Below, in pieces: positions 32,669 to 40,634 of a stretch of 40,679 nucleotides of DNA. Location: positions 5,020 through 45,698 of the forward strand of contig CAZKEX010000001.1 in assembly GCA_964551895.1 (NCBI GenBank), read 5' to 3'. The stretch's first letter is position 1. Every line of letters begins with the position of its first letter. The stretch is from an uncultured Caldilineaceae bacterium (lineage in GTDB: Bacteria; Chloroflexota; Anaerolineae; Caldilineales; Caldilineaceae). The translations under genes and the position numbers were made by a program. The notes beneath the pieces were generated by a model. It saw only the letters and a list, made by a program, of their open reading frames with translations. It made no database searches and was not told where the DNA came from.

Positions 32669-33618
32669 AACGCACAATCTTCAGCCTACTCTTGATCAGC
32701 TTACTTGCAGCCGCCTGCGCGCCATCATCCGCCGTAGGCGCAATCACCCCGCCAATCATTGACACCGGTGTAGACCCGGACGCGTGGGCCACAATCCCTG
32801 CCGGGGAATTCCCCTACGGTCAGATGGACCACATGACCGCGGTGGATGAATATCAGATCATGATCACCGATGTCACTGTCGAGCAATACGTCAACTTTCT
32901 GAACGAAGCCCTGGCATTGGGTGATGTCAGCGTTGGCGAGTTTGAGGTCGAAGCCGGAGAGGTAATCCGGCGCGAGAACGGGGTCGGTGGCTACTATGGC
33001 GGCGAGCCTTTCCACGGCTATAAGCACGAAGAAGAGATCAAAGCCGGCGACCACCTCTACGTGTCCCTGGCAGAGGACAATGGCGTCCGTCTAACCTTCG
33101 ACGGGCAGACTTTCACCGGCATGGCAGCGTACGCCAACCACCCCATGAACATGGTGACCTGGTTTGGCGCCAACGCCTATTGCGAATACTATGACACACG
33201 CCTGCCAACCGAGGTCGAATGGGAGAAAGCCGCCCGGGGGACCGAAATCGTAAACGGACGTGGTCTTCCCTTCCCCTGGGGCGAAAAGATTGCGGCCAAC
33301 AACGCCAATTACTACTCTTCCTTCGATCTCTTCGAGAAGATATATGGCAAGTTGGGCAACACCACACCGGTCGGCTTCTACAATGGCCAAACCTACGATG
33401 GCTATGAAACCCTTGATTCGGCCAGTCCCTACGGCCTCTACGACATGGCCGGCAACGTGTGGCAATGGATGGGTGATGACTACCCTGACCAACACTATCG
33501 CCACATGCGGGGCGGCAGTTTCTACTCCTACGAAGTTGACCTGCGGGTTTGGAAATTCAACAGCGCTGGTCCACAGCACTACGCCCCGTCCATAGGGTTC
33601 AGGTGCGCAAAAGACTAG
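32665..33618 (+). CDS. Formylglycine-generating-enzyme (SUMF1/FGE-sulfatase, NirV-like) domain lipoprotein
   Basis: Lipobox MKRTIFSLLLISLLAAAC. FGE-domain blocks are VTWFGANAYCEYYDTRLPTEVEWEKAARG, YGLYDMAGNVWQWMGD, RGGSF and GFRCAKD. Confidence 0.88.
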   Translation: MKRTIFSLLLISLLAAACAPSSAVGAITPPIIDTGVDPDAWATIPAGEFPYGQMDHMTAVDEYQIMITDVTVEQYVNFLNEALALGDVSVGEFEVEAGEVIRRENGVGGYYGGEPFHGYKHEEEIKAGDHLYVSLAEDNGVRLTFDGQTFTGMAAYANHPMNMVTWFGANAYCEYYDTRLPTEVEWEKAARGTEIVNGRGLPFPWGEKIAANNANYYSSFDLFEKIYGKLGNTTPVGFYNGQTYDGYETLDSASPYGLYDMAGNVWQWMGDDYPDQHYRHMRGGSFYSYEVDLRVWKFNSAGPQHYAPSIGFRCAKD

Positions 33619-33810
33619 CTTGTGTCAGCAACAGGCCCCCCGGCCCCCAATTCTGGGGGAGGTCGTGGACTGTTCCCCCCAAGGTTGGGGGGCTAGGGGG
33701 GCGGGGGAGCAGGCGGTCGCCTTGCGTTAGCAACAGGCCCCCCGGCCCCCAACTTTGGGGGAGGTCGTGGACTATTCCCCCCAAAGTTGGGGGCTAGGGG
33801 GGCAGGGGAG
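33619..33810. repeat. Tandem repeat, 2 x ~102 bp (~90% identical), each with two C-run/G-run hairpins
   Basis: Unit 1 is 33619-33720 and unit 2 is 33721-33810 (cttg[t/c]gt[c/t]agcaacaggccccccggcccccaa..tgggggaggtcgtggact.ttccccccaa.gttggggg.ctaggggggc.ggggag). It is GC-rich within the low-GC island. Confidence 0.9.
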
Positions 33811-33899
33811 TGAACGATGACGATGGAGAGGCAGGAACCTAATCTCTGCCTCTCGTATTGACCAGAGATCGATTTCCAACATCAGATTGGGAGCCTATT

Positions 33900-34763
33900 A
33901 TGCCAGATTTCAAGACCAAGCTCCGCCTCTATTGGCCGCTTATCAAGAGCTTTCAGACTGCACTGCTTATCACCACTGGGTTGGCCGGGTTTATGAGTAC
34001 ACGCTGCCCAATCCTGAATTGGCAAACCGTGCTGGCTGTAACCGGCAGCCTATTCCTTGCCATTAGCGGCAGCACAGTCTTGAACATGTGGTACGATCGG
34101 GATATCGACGCCAAAATGGAGCGGACAAAAAATCGTCCCTTGCCAGCGGGCAAGATCTCTCCCCGGGAGGCGCTCATCCTCGGCCTGGTCTTGTCCACCC
34201 TGGGCGTCGGTTGGGCTGTCGCCCTCGACCCCCTCTACGGCCTCATCGTCTTCGCCGGTCTGTTCTTCGATGTGGTCATCTACACGATCTGGCTCAAACG
34301 ACGCACGGCCTGGGGCATCCTTTGGGGGGGAATCGCTGGCGGTATGCCCATCTTGGCCGGCCGGGCCTTGGGCACCGGGGAGATCGAATGGATAGGCATT
34401 CTTCTGGCGTTGGCTGTCCTCTTCTGGATCCCCACCCATATCCTCACTTTCAGCATGCGGTTCCACGACGATTACCAGCGCGCTGGCATCCCCACCTTCC
34501 CCTCCGTCTATGGCAATCGCGTCACCCAGATCACCATCGCCATCTCCAGCATGATTGCAGCCATCATGATGATCATCGCCGCATACGGTGTTGGCCTCAC
34601 CTTTGGCTATCTGCGCCTGATGGTCGTCCTCTCCTTTGGCCTGCTGCTTCTGGCCATCGGCAGCGCCACAAAGCCTTCCAAACAGACTAACTTTGGCCTG
34701 TTCAAATACGCGTCATTCTACATGCTCAGCACCATGATGCTATTGATGTTGGTTGCCGGATAA
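33900..34763 (+). CDS. ctaB: Protoheme IX farnesyltransferase (heme O synthase), UbiA family
   Basis: ORF 33858 (TTG)..34763. I prefer ATG 33900, which has GGGAG upstream. NMWYDRDIDAKMERTKNRPLPAGKIS and WIPTHILTFSMRFHDDYQRAGIPTFPSVYG match the two CyoE/CtaB signature regions. Confidence 0.88.
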   Translation: MPDFKTKLRLYWPLIKSFQTALLITTGLAGFMSTRCPILNWQTVLAVTGSLFLAISGSTVLNMWYDRDIDAKMERTKNRPLPAGKISPREALILGLVLSTLGVGWAVALDPLYGLIVFAGLFFDVVIYTIWLKRRTAWGILWGGIAGGMPILAGRALGTGEIEWIGILLALAVLFWIPTHILTFSMRFHDDYQRAGIPTFPSVYGNRVTQITIAISSMIAAIMMIIAAYGVGLTFGYLRLMVVLSFGLLLLAIGSATKPSKQTNFGLFKYASFYMLSTMMLLMLVAG

Positions 34764-34798
34764 TCAGGGTCACTGTCATCCAGCCAAAAGAGCAAACC

Positions 34799-35404
34799 AT
34801 GAAAAAAATGTCTGTGCTTGACCGAATACTCCTTCTGCTCACCGGGCTGCTTGCCGCCTATCAAATTGTTGTTGGCATTGATGAGACCGTGACCCTGTTC
34901 GTGGGGGCCTACATCATTGCCTTTGGCGTGCTGCTGATAGCTGGCCTATTGCTGATCATCATGGGGTTTGAGGTCTTGGATAGTCCACTGGTCGTCATCG
35001 TCTCCACCATCATCCCCCTCAGCCTCTCCCTGGGCCTGGTTGCCGAATATTTGCCCGCATCCACCACGCTCTATCTAGCTTTTGTTGTCGTCGGATTCCT
35101 GGCAGTGATGGTCACCCGCTACACCAACCCCGGCAAAGTTGCGACGATGGTTCTTGCCACAGTGCATGGCATCGCCGGCATGGTGATCTTTCTGCTTCCC
35201 ATCCTCTTTGTCCTGTGGGGCGAAATGGCTGGCGGATTCGCCTTGGTCGGTGTCGGCGGCGCGCTGATCGGCGTGGGAGGATTGCTGCTGGCATTTCTAA
35301 AGGCGGGAAAACCCATCTTGCCTCAAAAGACCATCCTAACCGTGCTGCCTGGCCTGTTGTTGCTGATGACAGCGGCTTTTGTGGCAGGATTTTCATTCGC
35401 GTAG
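34799..35404 (+). CDS. Polytopic membrane protein (about 6 TM), unknown function
   Basis: 201 aa, almost entirely hydrophobic helices. It starts 35 nt after the ctaB stop. Confidence 0.7.
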   Translation: MKKMSVLDRILLLLTGLLAAYQIVVGIDETVTLFVGAYIIAFGVLLIAGLLLIIMGFEVLDSPLVVIVSTIIPLSLSLGLVAEYLPASTTLYLAFVVVGFLAVMVTRYTNPGKVATMVLATVHGIAGMVIFLLPILFVLWGEMAGGFALVGVGGALIGVGGLLLAFLKAGKPILPQKTILTVLPGLLLLMTAAFVAGFSFA

Positions 35405-35448
35405 ATTGCAGATTCATTCACTTTCCTTTCGTTTCTCGATGAAACCAT

Positions 35449-35570
35449 GACGCTACTGCAAAGAGCAATTTCAACGCAAAGTGCGCAAAGAGGCACAAAG
35501 AGGCGCGGAGATGGCAGAGAAAAACCTGCCGTTCTTTGGGTTGAAAATTAGTTTTTGCAGTGGAGTCAAC
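35449..35570. mobile_element. Diverged member of the 143-bp palindromic element family, inside the low-GC island
   Basis: gacgctactgcaaagagcaatttcaacgcaaag ... gttgaaaattagtttttgcagtggagtcaac. The ends align with element A/B termini (gactctgctgcaaaaagccaattttcaccgcaaag ... ttagtttttgcagcggagtcac). Confidence 0.65.
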
Positions 35571-35597
35571 CACAAGATTCAGATAGGAGAAGATACC

Positions 35598-36284
35598 ATG
35601 TTTGGCAAATTGTTACGCATCGTTGGTCTTGTGTTGTTGGCGGTAACGGCCGTTATCACCCTGTTAAGTGGCATCGGCACAACCTGCGTCGCCCTAAATC
35701 CCACAAAATATAACATGGCAGCCATCACCCCCTACCAGTGGCTCTATATCCTCTACGTCATCGCTGGCATCATCATCGGCGTGATGGGCATCCTCGCCAC
35801 TGTGGCCCTGGCCAGAAGCAAACCCATGGCCTACCGCTCGGCGCTCATCGCTCTGACCCTGGGCCTCGTCACCGGGGGTCTGCACATGGCTACCTCCCGG
35901 GCGCTGCGGGGTAGCTCCATGCCGCTGGACTTTATCGTCTACGCAACCGTCGTCACCCTGCTCTATTTCCTGCTCCTCCGCATCCCCGGCGTCTGGAACC
36001 AGATCAACCTTGCCGACAAAGACGATAACACAACTGGGCTGGGCGCCGGCGTCGCCATGATCGTGGGCGGCATTGTTGTCCTCACCGTGCAGTTGTGGGC
36101 CGGGCCGACGCACGTGATCAACGGCATCAACTACGCGGACGTGTGGCACACACAGATGACGGTCGTCGGTGGGACGTTGACCGTGCTGGGGGCCAGCCTG
36201 CTCCTGGCCACCGTCATGAGCATTGCCCTGCCCTACCCCTTCCAGAGATTCAATGCCCAACCGGCCGAATCGTCAAATAATTAG
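35598..36284 (+). CDS. Polytopic membrane protein (about 6-7 TM), unknown function
   Basis: ORF 35481..36284. I moved the start to ATG 35598, which has AGGAGA at 35585-35590. It begins MFGKLLRIVGLVLLAVTAVITLL. The upstream part of the ORF is translated repeat. Confidence 0.7.
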   Translation: MFGKLLRIVGLVLLAVTAVITLLSGIGTTCVALNPTKYNMAAITPYQWLYILYVIAGIIIGVMGILATVALARSKPMAYRSALIALTLGLVTGGLHMATSRALRGSSMPLDFIVYATVVTLLYFLLLRIPGVWNQINLADKDDNTTGLGAGVAMIVGGIVVLTVQLWAGPTHVINGINYADVWHTQMTVVGGTLTVLGASLLLATVMSIALPYPFQRFNAQPAESSNN

Positions 36285-36291
36285 CCCCTCA

Positions 36292-36391
36292 CCGACCAGA
36301 TTCTTGCACAAAACACAAGAATCTGGTCGGCGCGAATAAGAAACGAAGGCGCAAAAAACACAGAATTCTGTGTTTTTTGCGCCTTCGTTTC
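36292..36391. terminator. Two strong hairpins between convergent genes (island end / hypB end)
   Basis: Hairpin 1 is ccgaccagattcttg...caagaatctggtcgg (36292-36330). Hairpin 2 is a perfect 52-bp palindrome, gaaacgaaggcgcaaaaaacacagaa|ttctgtgttttttgcgccttcgtttc (36340-36391). Confidence 0.75.
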
Positions 36392-36412
36392 CTAACGGCT
36401 AAATCGTTTTCC

Positions 36413-37057
36413 CTACGCCCCGCGTTTCAGCAGCCACTCCATCCACCCATCCATCCCCGCGCCGGTTTTGCACGAGAGAATGAAGAGGGGGACGCCAGGG
36501 TTGACCATCTCCAGGCCCCGGTGGAAGTAGTCCACGTCAAACTCGAAGATCTCGATCATGTCGGCCTTGTTGAGGACCACGACATGGGCGGCGGCGAACA
36601 TGCCCGGATATTTGTAGGGCTTGTCGCTGCCTTCGGGGACGCTGGCCACGACCACATTGCGGGCCGTGCCCAGGGCAAAGTCGGCGGGGCAGACCAGGTT
36701 GCCCACGTTTTCCACAAAGAGCAGGTCGATCTCGTCCAGGGGCAGGTCGGCCAGGGCGGACTGGATCATGGGCGCGTCCAGGTGGCAGCCGCCGCCGGTG
36801 TTGATCTGGACCACGGGCACGCCCCGGGCCGCGATCTTGTCGGCGTCGATGCTGGCGGCCAGGTCCCCTTCGATGACGCCGGGGCGCTGGTCCGGGGGCA
36901 GGCGGTCCAGAGTGGCCAGGATCAGGCTGGTCTTCCCCGCGCCGGGGGAGGCCATGAGGTTGAGGCCAAAGATGCCCGCCCCGGCCAAGATCTCCCGGTT
37001 ACGGTCCGCCACCGCATCGTTGGCGCTAAGAATTTGTTTGACAACGGATACTTTCAT
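36413..37057 (-). CDS. hypB: Hydrogenase nickel-incorporation GTPase HypB
   Basis: ORF 36413..37594. I moved the start to ATG 37057 (MKVSVVKQILSAND...) because the upstream part is the antisense shadow of the SDR gene and repeats. Motifs are the P-loop SPGAGKTS, GGGCHLDA, ENVGNLVCP and NKAD. Confidence 0.92.
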   Translation of the reverse strand: MKVSVVKQILSANDAVADRNREILAGAGIFGLNLMASPGAGKTSLILATLDRLPPDQRPGVIEGDLAASIDADKIAARGVPVVQINTGGGCHLDAPMIQSALADLPLDEIDLLFVENVGNLVCPADFALGTARNVVVASVPEGSDKPYKYPGMFAAAHVVVLNKADMIEIFEFDVDYFHRGLEMVNPGVPLFILSCKTGAGMDGWMEWLLKRGA

Positions 37058-37104
37058 AACTGCATTTTCCGATCCACGAATCTTCACGAATCCACACGAA
37101 TCTA

Positions 37105-37171
37105 AACCAACCAACCAACAAACCAACCAACAAACCAACAAACAAACCAACCAACCAATCAACCAACCAAC
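37105..37171. repeat. (CCAA)n/(CAAA)n array between SDR and hypB
   Basis: aaccaaccaaccaacaaaccaaccaacaaaccaacaaacaaaccaaccaaccaatcaaccaaccaa. Its right end encodes the SDR C-terminal codons Q-L-V-G and the stop codon. Confidence 0.9.
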
Positions 37172-37932
37172 TGCCCGCCATCCACCACAAACGTGGCCCC
37201 GGTGGTGAAGCTGGATGCGTTGGAGGCCAAATAGAGGGCGGTACCGGCCAGTTCCGAGGCGTCGGCCATGCGGCCCTGGGGGATGGCCCTTACCACGGCG
37301 TTGTAGATCTGCTCGTTCTGCCACAGGGCGGCGCTGAATTTGGTTTTGACAAAACCGGGGGCAATGGCGTTGACCCGGATCTGCTGGCCGGCCAGTTCTC
37401 CGGCCAGGACTTCGGTGAGCATGAGCACCGCGGCCTTGCTGACGCAGTAGACGCCCATATTCTGGATGGGCGTCTTGCCCGCCACGGAGGCCATGTTGAT
37501 CACGCTGCCGCCCCCCCGCTGGGCCATACTGGCGGCCACGGCCTTGACCATGCGGAAGTAGCCGACCACGTTGACATCCATGATCTTGGCCCAATGGCTC
37601 TCCTCCGCGGTCATGATGGGGCCGAAGTGGGGGTTGGTGGCGGCGTTGTTGACCAGAATGTCCACGCCGCCGAAGGCGCCGACCGTGCGGGCAACCAGGG
37701 CATCCACGGCCTCCACATCCCCGGTGTGGGCGGCTACGGCCAGGATCTCCCCGCCGATCTCGGCACGGAGCTGGGCGGCGGCCTCGTCCAGATCCGCCTG
37801 CTTGCGGCTGGCGATCACCACCCGCGCCCCGGCCCCGACAAAAGCCTTGGCAATCTCAAAACCGATGCCCCGGGATCCGCCGGTGACAATGGCGACTTTG
37901 CCGGTGAGGTCGAAGAGGGAGGGGTTGGGCAT
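37159..37932 (-). CDS. Short-chain dehydrogenase/reductase (SDR) family oxidoreductase
   Basis: ORF 37159..38040. I moved the start to ATG 37932 ([24 protein letters not shown]). Motifs [12 protein letters not shown] and the YCVSK catalytic Tyr-x3-Lys are present. Confidence 0.9.
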   Translation of the reverse strand: MPNPSLFDLTGKVAIVTGGSRGIGFEIAKAFVGAGARVVIASRKQADLDEAAAQLRAEIGGEILAVAAHTGDVEAVDALVARTVGAFGGVDILVNNAATNPHFGPIMTAEESHWAKIMDVNVVGYFRMVKAVAASMAQRGGGSVINMASVAGKTPIQNMGVYCVSKAAVLMLTEVLAGELAGQQIRVNAIAPGFVKTKFSAALWQNEQIYNAVVRAIPQGRMADASELAGTALYLASNASSFTTGATFVVDGGQLVG

Positions 37933-38048
37933 GGGATTGGCTCCGCAAAAAGTGGATTGGTTGATACGTTGATTGGTTGATTGTAGACCAGAAGCGGGGA
38001 ATTGGGAAAACCAGCGCCTCTCTCGGCCCTGGAAATTCACCCCTCGTC

Positions 38049-39578
38049 CTACACCCGGTACAGCACGTCCACATACCGTTTCAGCAGATCGTCCACCAAT
38101 CCGCGCAGGGGCATGGACCCAGCCAGGCCATAGACCGGGGCCATGCCGTGGCCGTCGGCCGGGGTGGACTTCACCTCGGCCACCGCGTCCCCCAGGTCGG
38201 CCAAAAACGCCTGGGCCACGCCGGGTTCCGTGTGGCGCAGGGTGAGGGCGATGTGGACGGCGGCGGGGTGGTGCAGACCGTTGAGGCTCCAGCCCCGGGC
38301 GCTCATGGCGTCCAGGACCCGATAGATGTCCAAGTCCACGCCGGGTCGGGGCGCGAAGGCGATGACCCAGAGAGGATCGCCAAGGACTTGCAGGTCCGGC
38401 ATGGCCTCAATGGTGCGCCGCACATAAGTGGCTGTTTCGAGGATGGTGGCCGTGGCCCGCAAATAGCCTTCCTCTCCCAAAGAGAGCAACGCGGCCCAGC
38501 CGGCCGCACTGAGGGCGCCGGGACGGCTGCCGGCAAAGGTGGGGGAAAAATAGAGGCCGCCAGGCCAGTCGGCCACGGTGTAGTATTGATAGCGGCGCAA
38601 CTCAGCCCCCCGATAAAGCACAACCGAGGTACCCTTGGCCGCGTAGCCATATTTGTGGGTGTCCGCGGACATGGAGGTGACGCCGGGCAGGCGGAAGTCG
38701 AAGGGGGGCACGGGGTAGCCCAGCTTCTCGGCCCAGGGCAGGACGAAGCCGCCCAGACAGGCGTCCACATGGCAGGGGAGGCCGTGGCGTTGGGCCAAGG
38801 CCGCCAGTTGGGGGATGGGGTCGATGACGCCGTGGGGGAAGGAGGGGGCGGATCCGACCAGGGCGATGGTGTTGCGGGTGATGGCCCGCTCGGTAGCCGC
38901 CACATCCGCCCCCCAATCCGGGCCGACGGGGACTTTGATCAGTTTGAGGCCGAAGTATTGGGCGGCTTTGTCAAAGGCAGCGTGGGCGGAGACGGGGACG
39001 ATCAGTTCGGGCCGGGTGATGTTGCGCTCGGCCCGGGCCCGGTCCCGATAGGTCTTCATGGCCAGGAGGATGCTCTCCGTGCCGCCGGAGGTGACTGTGC
39101 CCACGATCTGGTCGCCCCGGTCCAGGTGGGCGGTCTCCGCGCCCAGCATGTGGGCGGTCATGCTGACGAGTTCGGCCTCGTATTTGGCGGCGCTGGGCCA
39201 GACATCGGCGTGGAGGGGGTTGCTCTGGCTGTTGAGGGCGTAGACCTGGTTGAGAAAGTCGATGTGGCTCTGGTCCCCGTGGTAGACCGCGCCGGAGACC
39301 CGGCCCGACTGCCAGCGGCCCTGCTCTTTGGCCTGGAGATCCTGCATCTCGGCCAGGATCTCAGCCCGGTCCCGGCCCACCACGGGCAGGCGGGGGTAGG
39401 CGGGGAGCTGGTCTTTGTAGGGCTTGAGGTCGGCTTCCAGATCCCCCATCATGGCGTCATATTCGGCCTCCATGCGCCGATGCACCGCGGGGATACGGCG
39501 CAACACACGCTCGATCCCGGCCAACAGGCGGGGGTCCAGACGGTTGAGGGGGGTGAGAAGGGGTTGAAGTTTTTGCAT
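38049..39578 (-). CDS. PLP-dependent group II decarboxylase-fold enzyme, sphingosine-1-phosphate-lyase-like
   Basis: 509 aa. [29 protein letters not shown] and [20 protein letters not shown] (PLP-Lys context) resemble bacterial and eukaryotic SPL homologs. Confidence 0.8.
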   Translation of the reverse strand: MQKLQPLLTPLNRLDPRLLAGIERVLRRIPAVHRRMEAEYDAMMGDLEADLKPYKDQLPAYPRLPVVGRDRAEILAEMQDLQAKEQGRWQSGRVSGAVYHGDQSHIDFLNQVYALNSQSNPLHADVWPSAAKYEAELVSMTAHMLGAETAHLDRGDQIVGTVTSGGTESILLAMKTYRDRARAERNITRPELIVPVSAHAAFDKAAQYFGLKLIKVPVGPDWGADVAATERAITRNTIALVGSAPSFPHGVIDPIPQLAALAQRHGLPCHVDACLGGFVLPWAEKLGYPVPPFDFRLPGVTSMSADTHKYGYAAKGTSVVLYRGAELRRYQYYTVADWPGGLYFSPTFAGSRPGALSAAGWAALLSLGEEGYLRATATILETATYVRRTIEAMPDLQVLGDPLWVIAFAPRPGVDLDIYRVLDAMSARGWSLNGLHHPAAVHIALTLRHTEPGVAQAFLADLGDAVAEVKSTPADGHGMAPVYGLAGSMPLRGLVDDLLKRYVDVLYRV

Positions 39579-39640
39579 GGTTGGGTTTGGTTGGGTTGGT
39601 TGGGTTGGTTGGTTGGTTGGTTTGTTGGTTTGTTTGTTGG

Positions 39641-39782
39641 TGACTCTGCTGCAAAAACTAAAAATTCACCGCAAAGGCGCAGAGAACACAAAGAAAAACA
39701 AGATTTCTCTTCTCAATCTTCCTTGAAATCTTTGCGTCCTTGGCGTCTTTGCGGTGAAAATTGGCTTTTTGCAGCAGAGTCA
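39641..39782. mobile_element. 143-bp imperfect-palindromic MITE-like element, copy B (inverted relative to copy A)
   Basis: Its reverse complement is identical to 16467-16609 except for 2 positions. It is flanked by the GGTT/TTGG arrays at 39579-39640 and 39783-39805. Confidence 0.85.
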
Positions 39783-39829
39783 TTGGTTGATTGGTTTGGT
39801 TGGGCGATTAGGGATGCTCACACATTGTT

Positions 39830-39875
39830 CCCCGATCCCCGATCCCTGATCCCTGATCCCCGGTCCCCGATCCCC
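39830..39875. repeat. Heptamer array (GATCCCC/GATCCCT)x6
   Basis: ccccgatccccgatccctgatccctgatccccggtccccgatcccc. Confidence 0.9.
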
Positions 39876-40013
39876 AAGATTGGGTTGAATATTGCAGTTT
39901 TCAGTCGCAGATGAAGTATAATTGAACCACACAACAATACCCCAAATCCTGGCGTACGCCCTATTGTCCACAGGTTGCGTTCACCGTTTGTGCAGTTCTA
40001 AGATGTGGACACG

Positions 40014-40634
40014 ATGCCAGGAGATACTTTTTCCATGCCCCATCAACTCGCTTTGACCGCGCCGCTTACCCTTGCCCAACGGTTGGTTCTGGGCGCAACT
40101 TCTCTCTTTGGTTGGCAGGTTCACATGGAGGAGCCTTTGCCTCGCCAGTGTGTGATCGTCGGCGCGCCCCACACCACCAACTGGGACCTGCTGGCCGCCT
40201 TGACCGTGCGGGGCGCTACCGGATACCATTTCAATTGGGTGGCCAAGGACGCCATTTTCAAGGGGCCGGGGAACTGGCTCTTCCGCAAGCTGGGGGGCAT
40301 TCCGGTCAACCGGCGCTCCAAGAACAACTTTGTGGAACAGATGGTGGCCGCCTTTGCCGAGAAGAAAGATATGATTCTGGCCATCGCCCCCCAGGGTACC
40401 CGCAGCCTGCAAACCCACTGGCGCAGCGGCTTTTACTACATGGCCCAGGGGGCGGGCATCCCGATTGCACTGGCCTATGCGGATTATGTCAAAAAAATCG
40501 TGGGCATTGGCCCGGTCATGCACCCCACAGGGGATCTGCACGCCGACTTCGAACGCATCAAGGCCTTCTACGCCGACATCAAAGGCCGACATCCCCACCT
40601 AGACGGGGAGATCCGCTTGCGAGAAAAAGAGTAA
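40014..40634 (+). CDS. 1-acyl-sn-glycerol-3-phosphate acyltransferase-like (PlsC family) protein
   Basis: ORF 40005 (GTG)..40634. The start is uncertain (GTG 40005, ATG 40014 or ATG 40035). The HX4D motif is GAPHTTNWD, followed by the IAPQGTRS block. Confidence 0.8.
   Translation: MPGDTFSMPHQLALTAPLTLAQRLVLGATSLFGWQVHMEEPLPRQCVIVGAPHTTNWDLLAALTVRGATGYHFNWVAKDAIFKGPGNWLFRKLGGIPVNRRSKNNFVEQMVAAFAEKKDMILAIAPQGTRSLQTHWRSGFYYMAQGAGIPIALAYADYVKKIVGIGPVMHPTGDLHADFERIKAFYADIKGRHPHLDGEIRLREKE

Noticed and set aside
27435-36400. Integrase, transposase, tRNA or direct-repeat att sites at the borders of the low-GC island
   Set aside because: I looked for these and did not find any. The borders are an ordinary 47-nt gap next to hypF and a pair of hairpins next to hypB. 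The horizontal-transfer inference therefore rests on composition only.
22146-37057. Hydrogenase structural genes or hypA hidden among small ORFs of the hyp region
   Set aside because: No ORF shows the large-subunit RxCGxC / DPCxxCxxH motifs or the HypA CxxC pairs. The intergenic gaps are filled by repeats.
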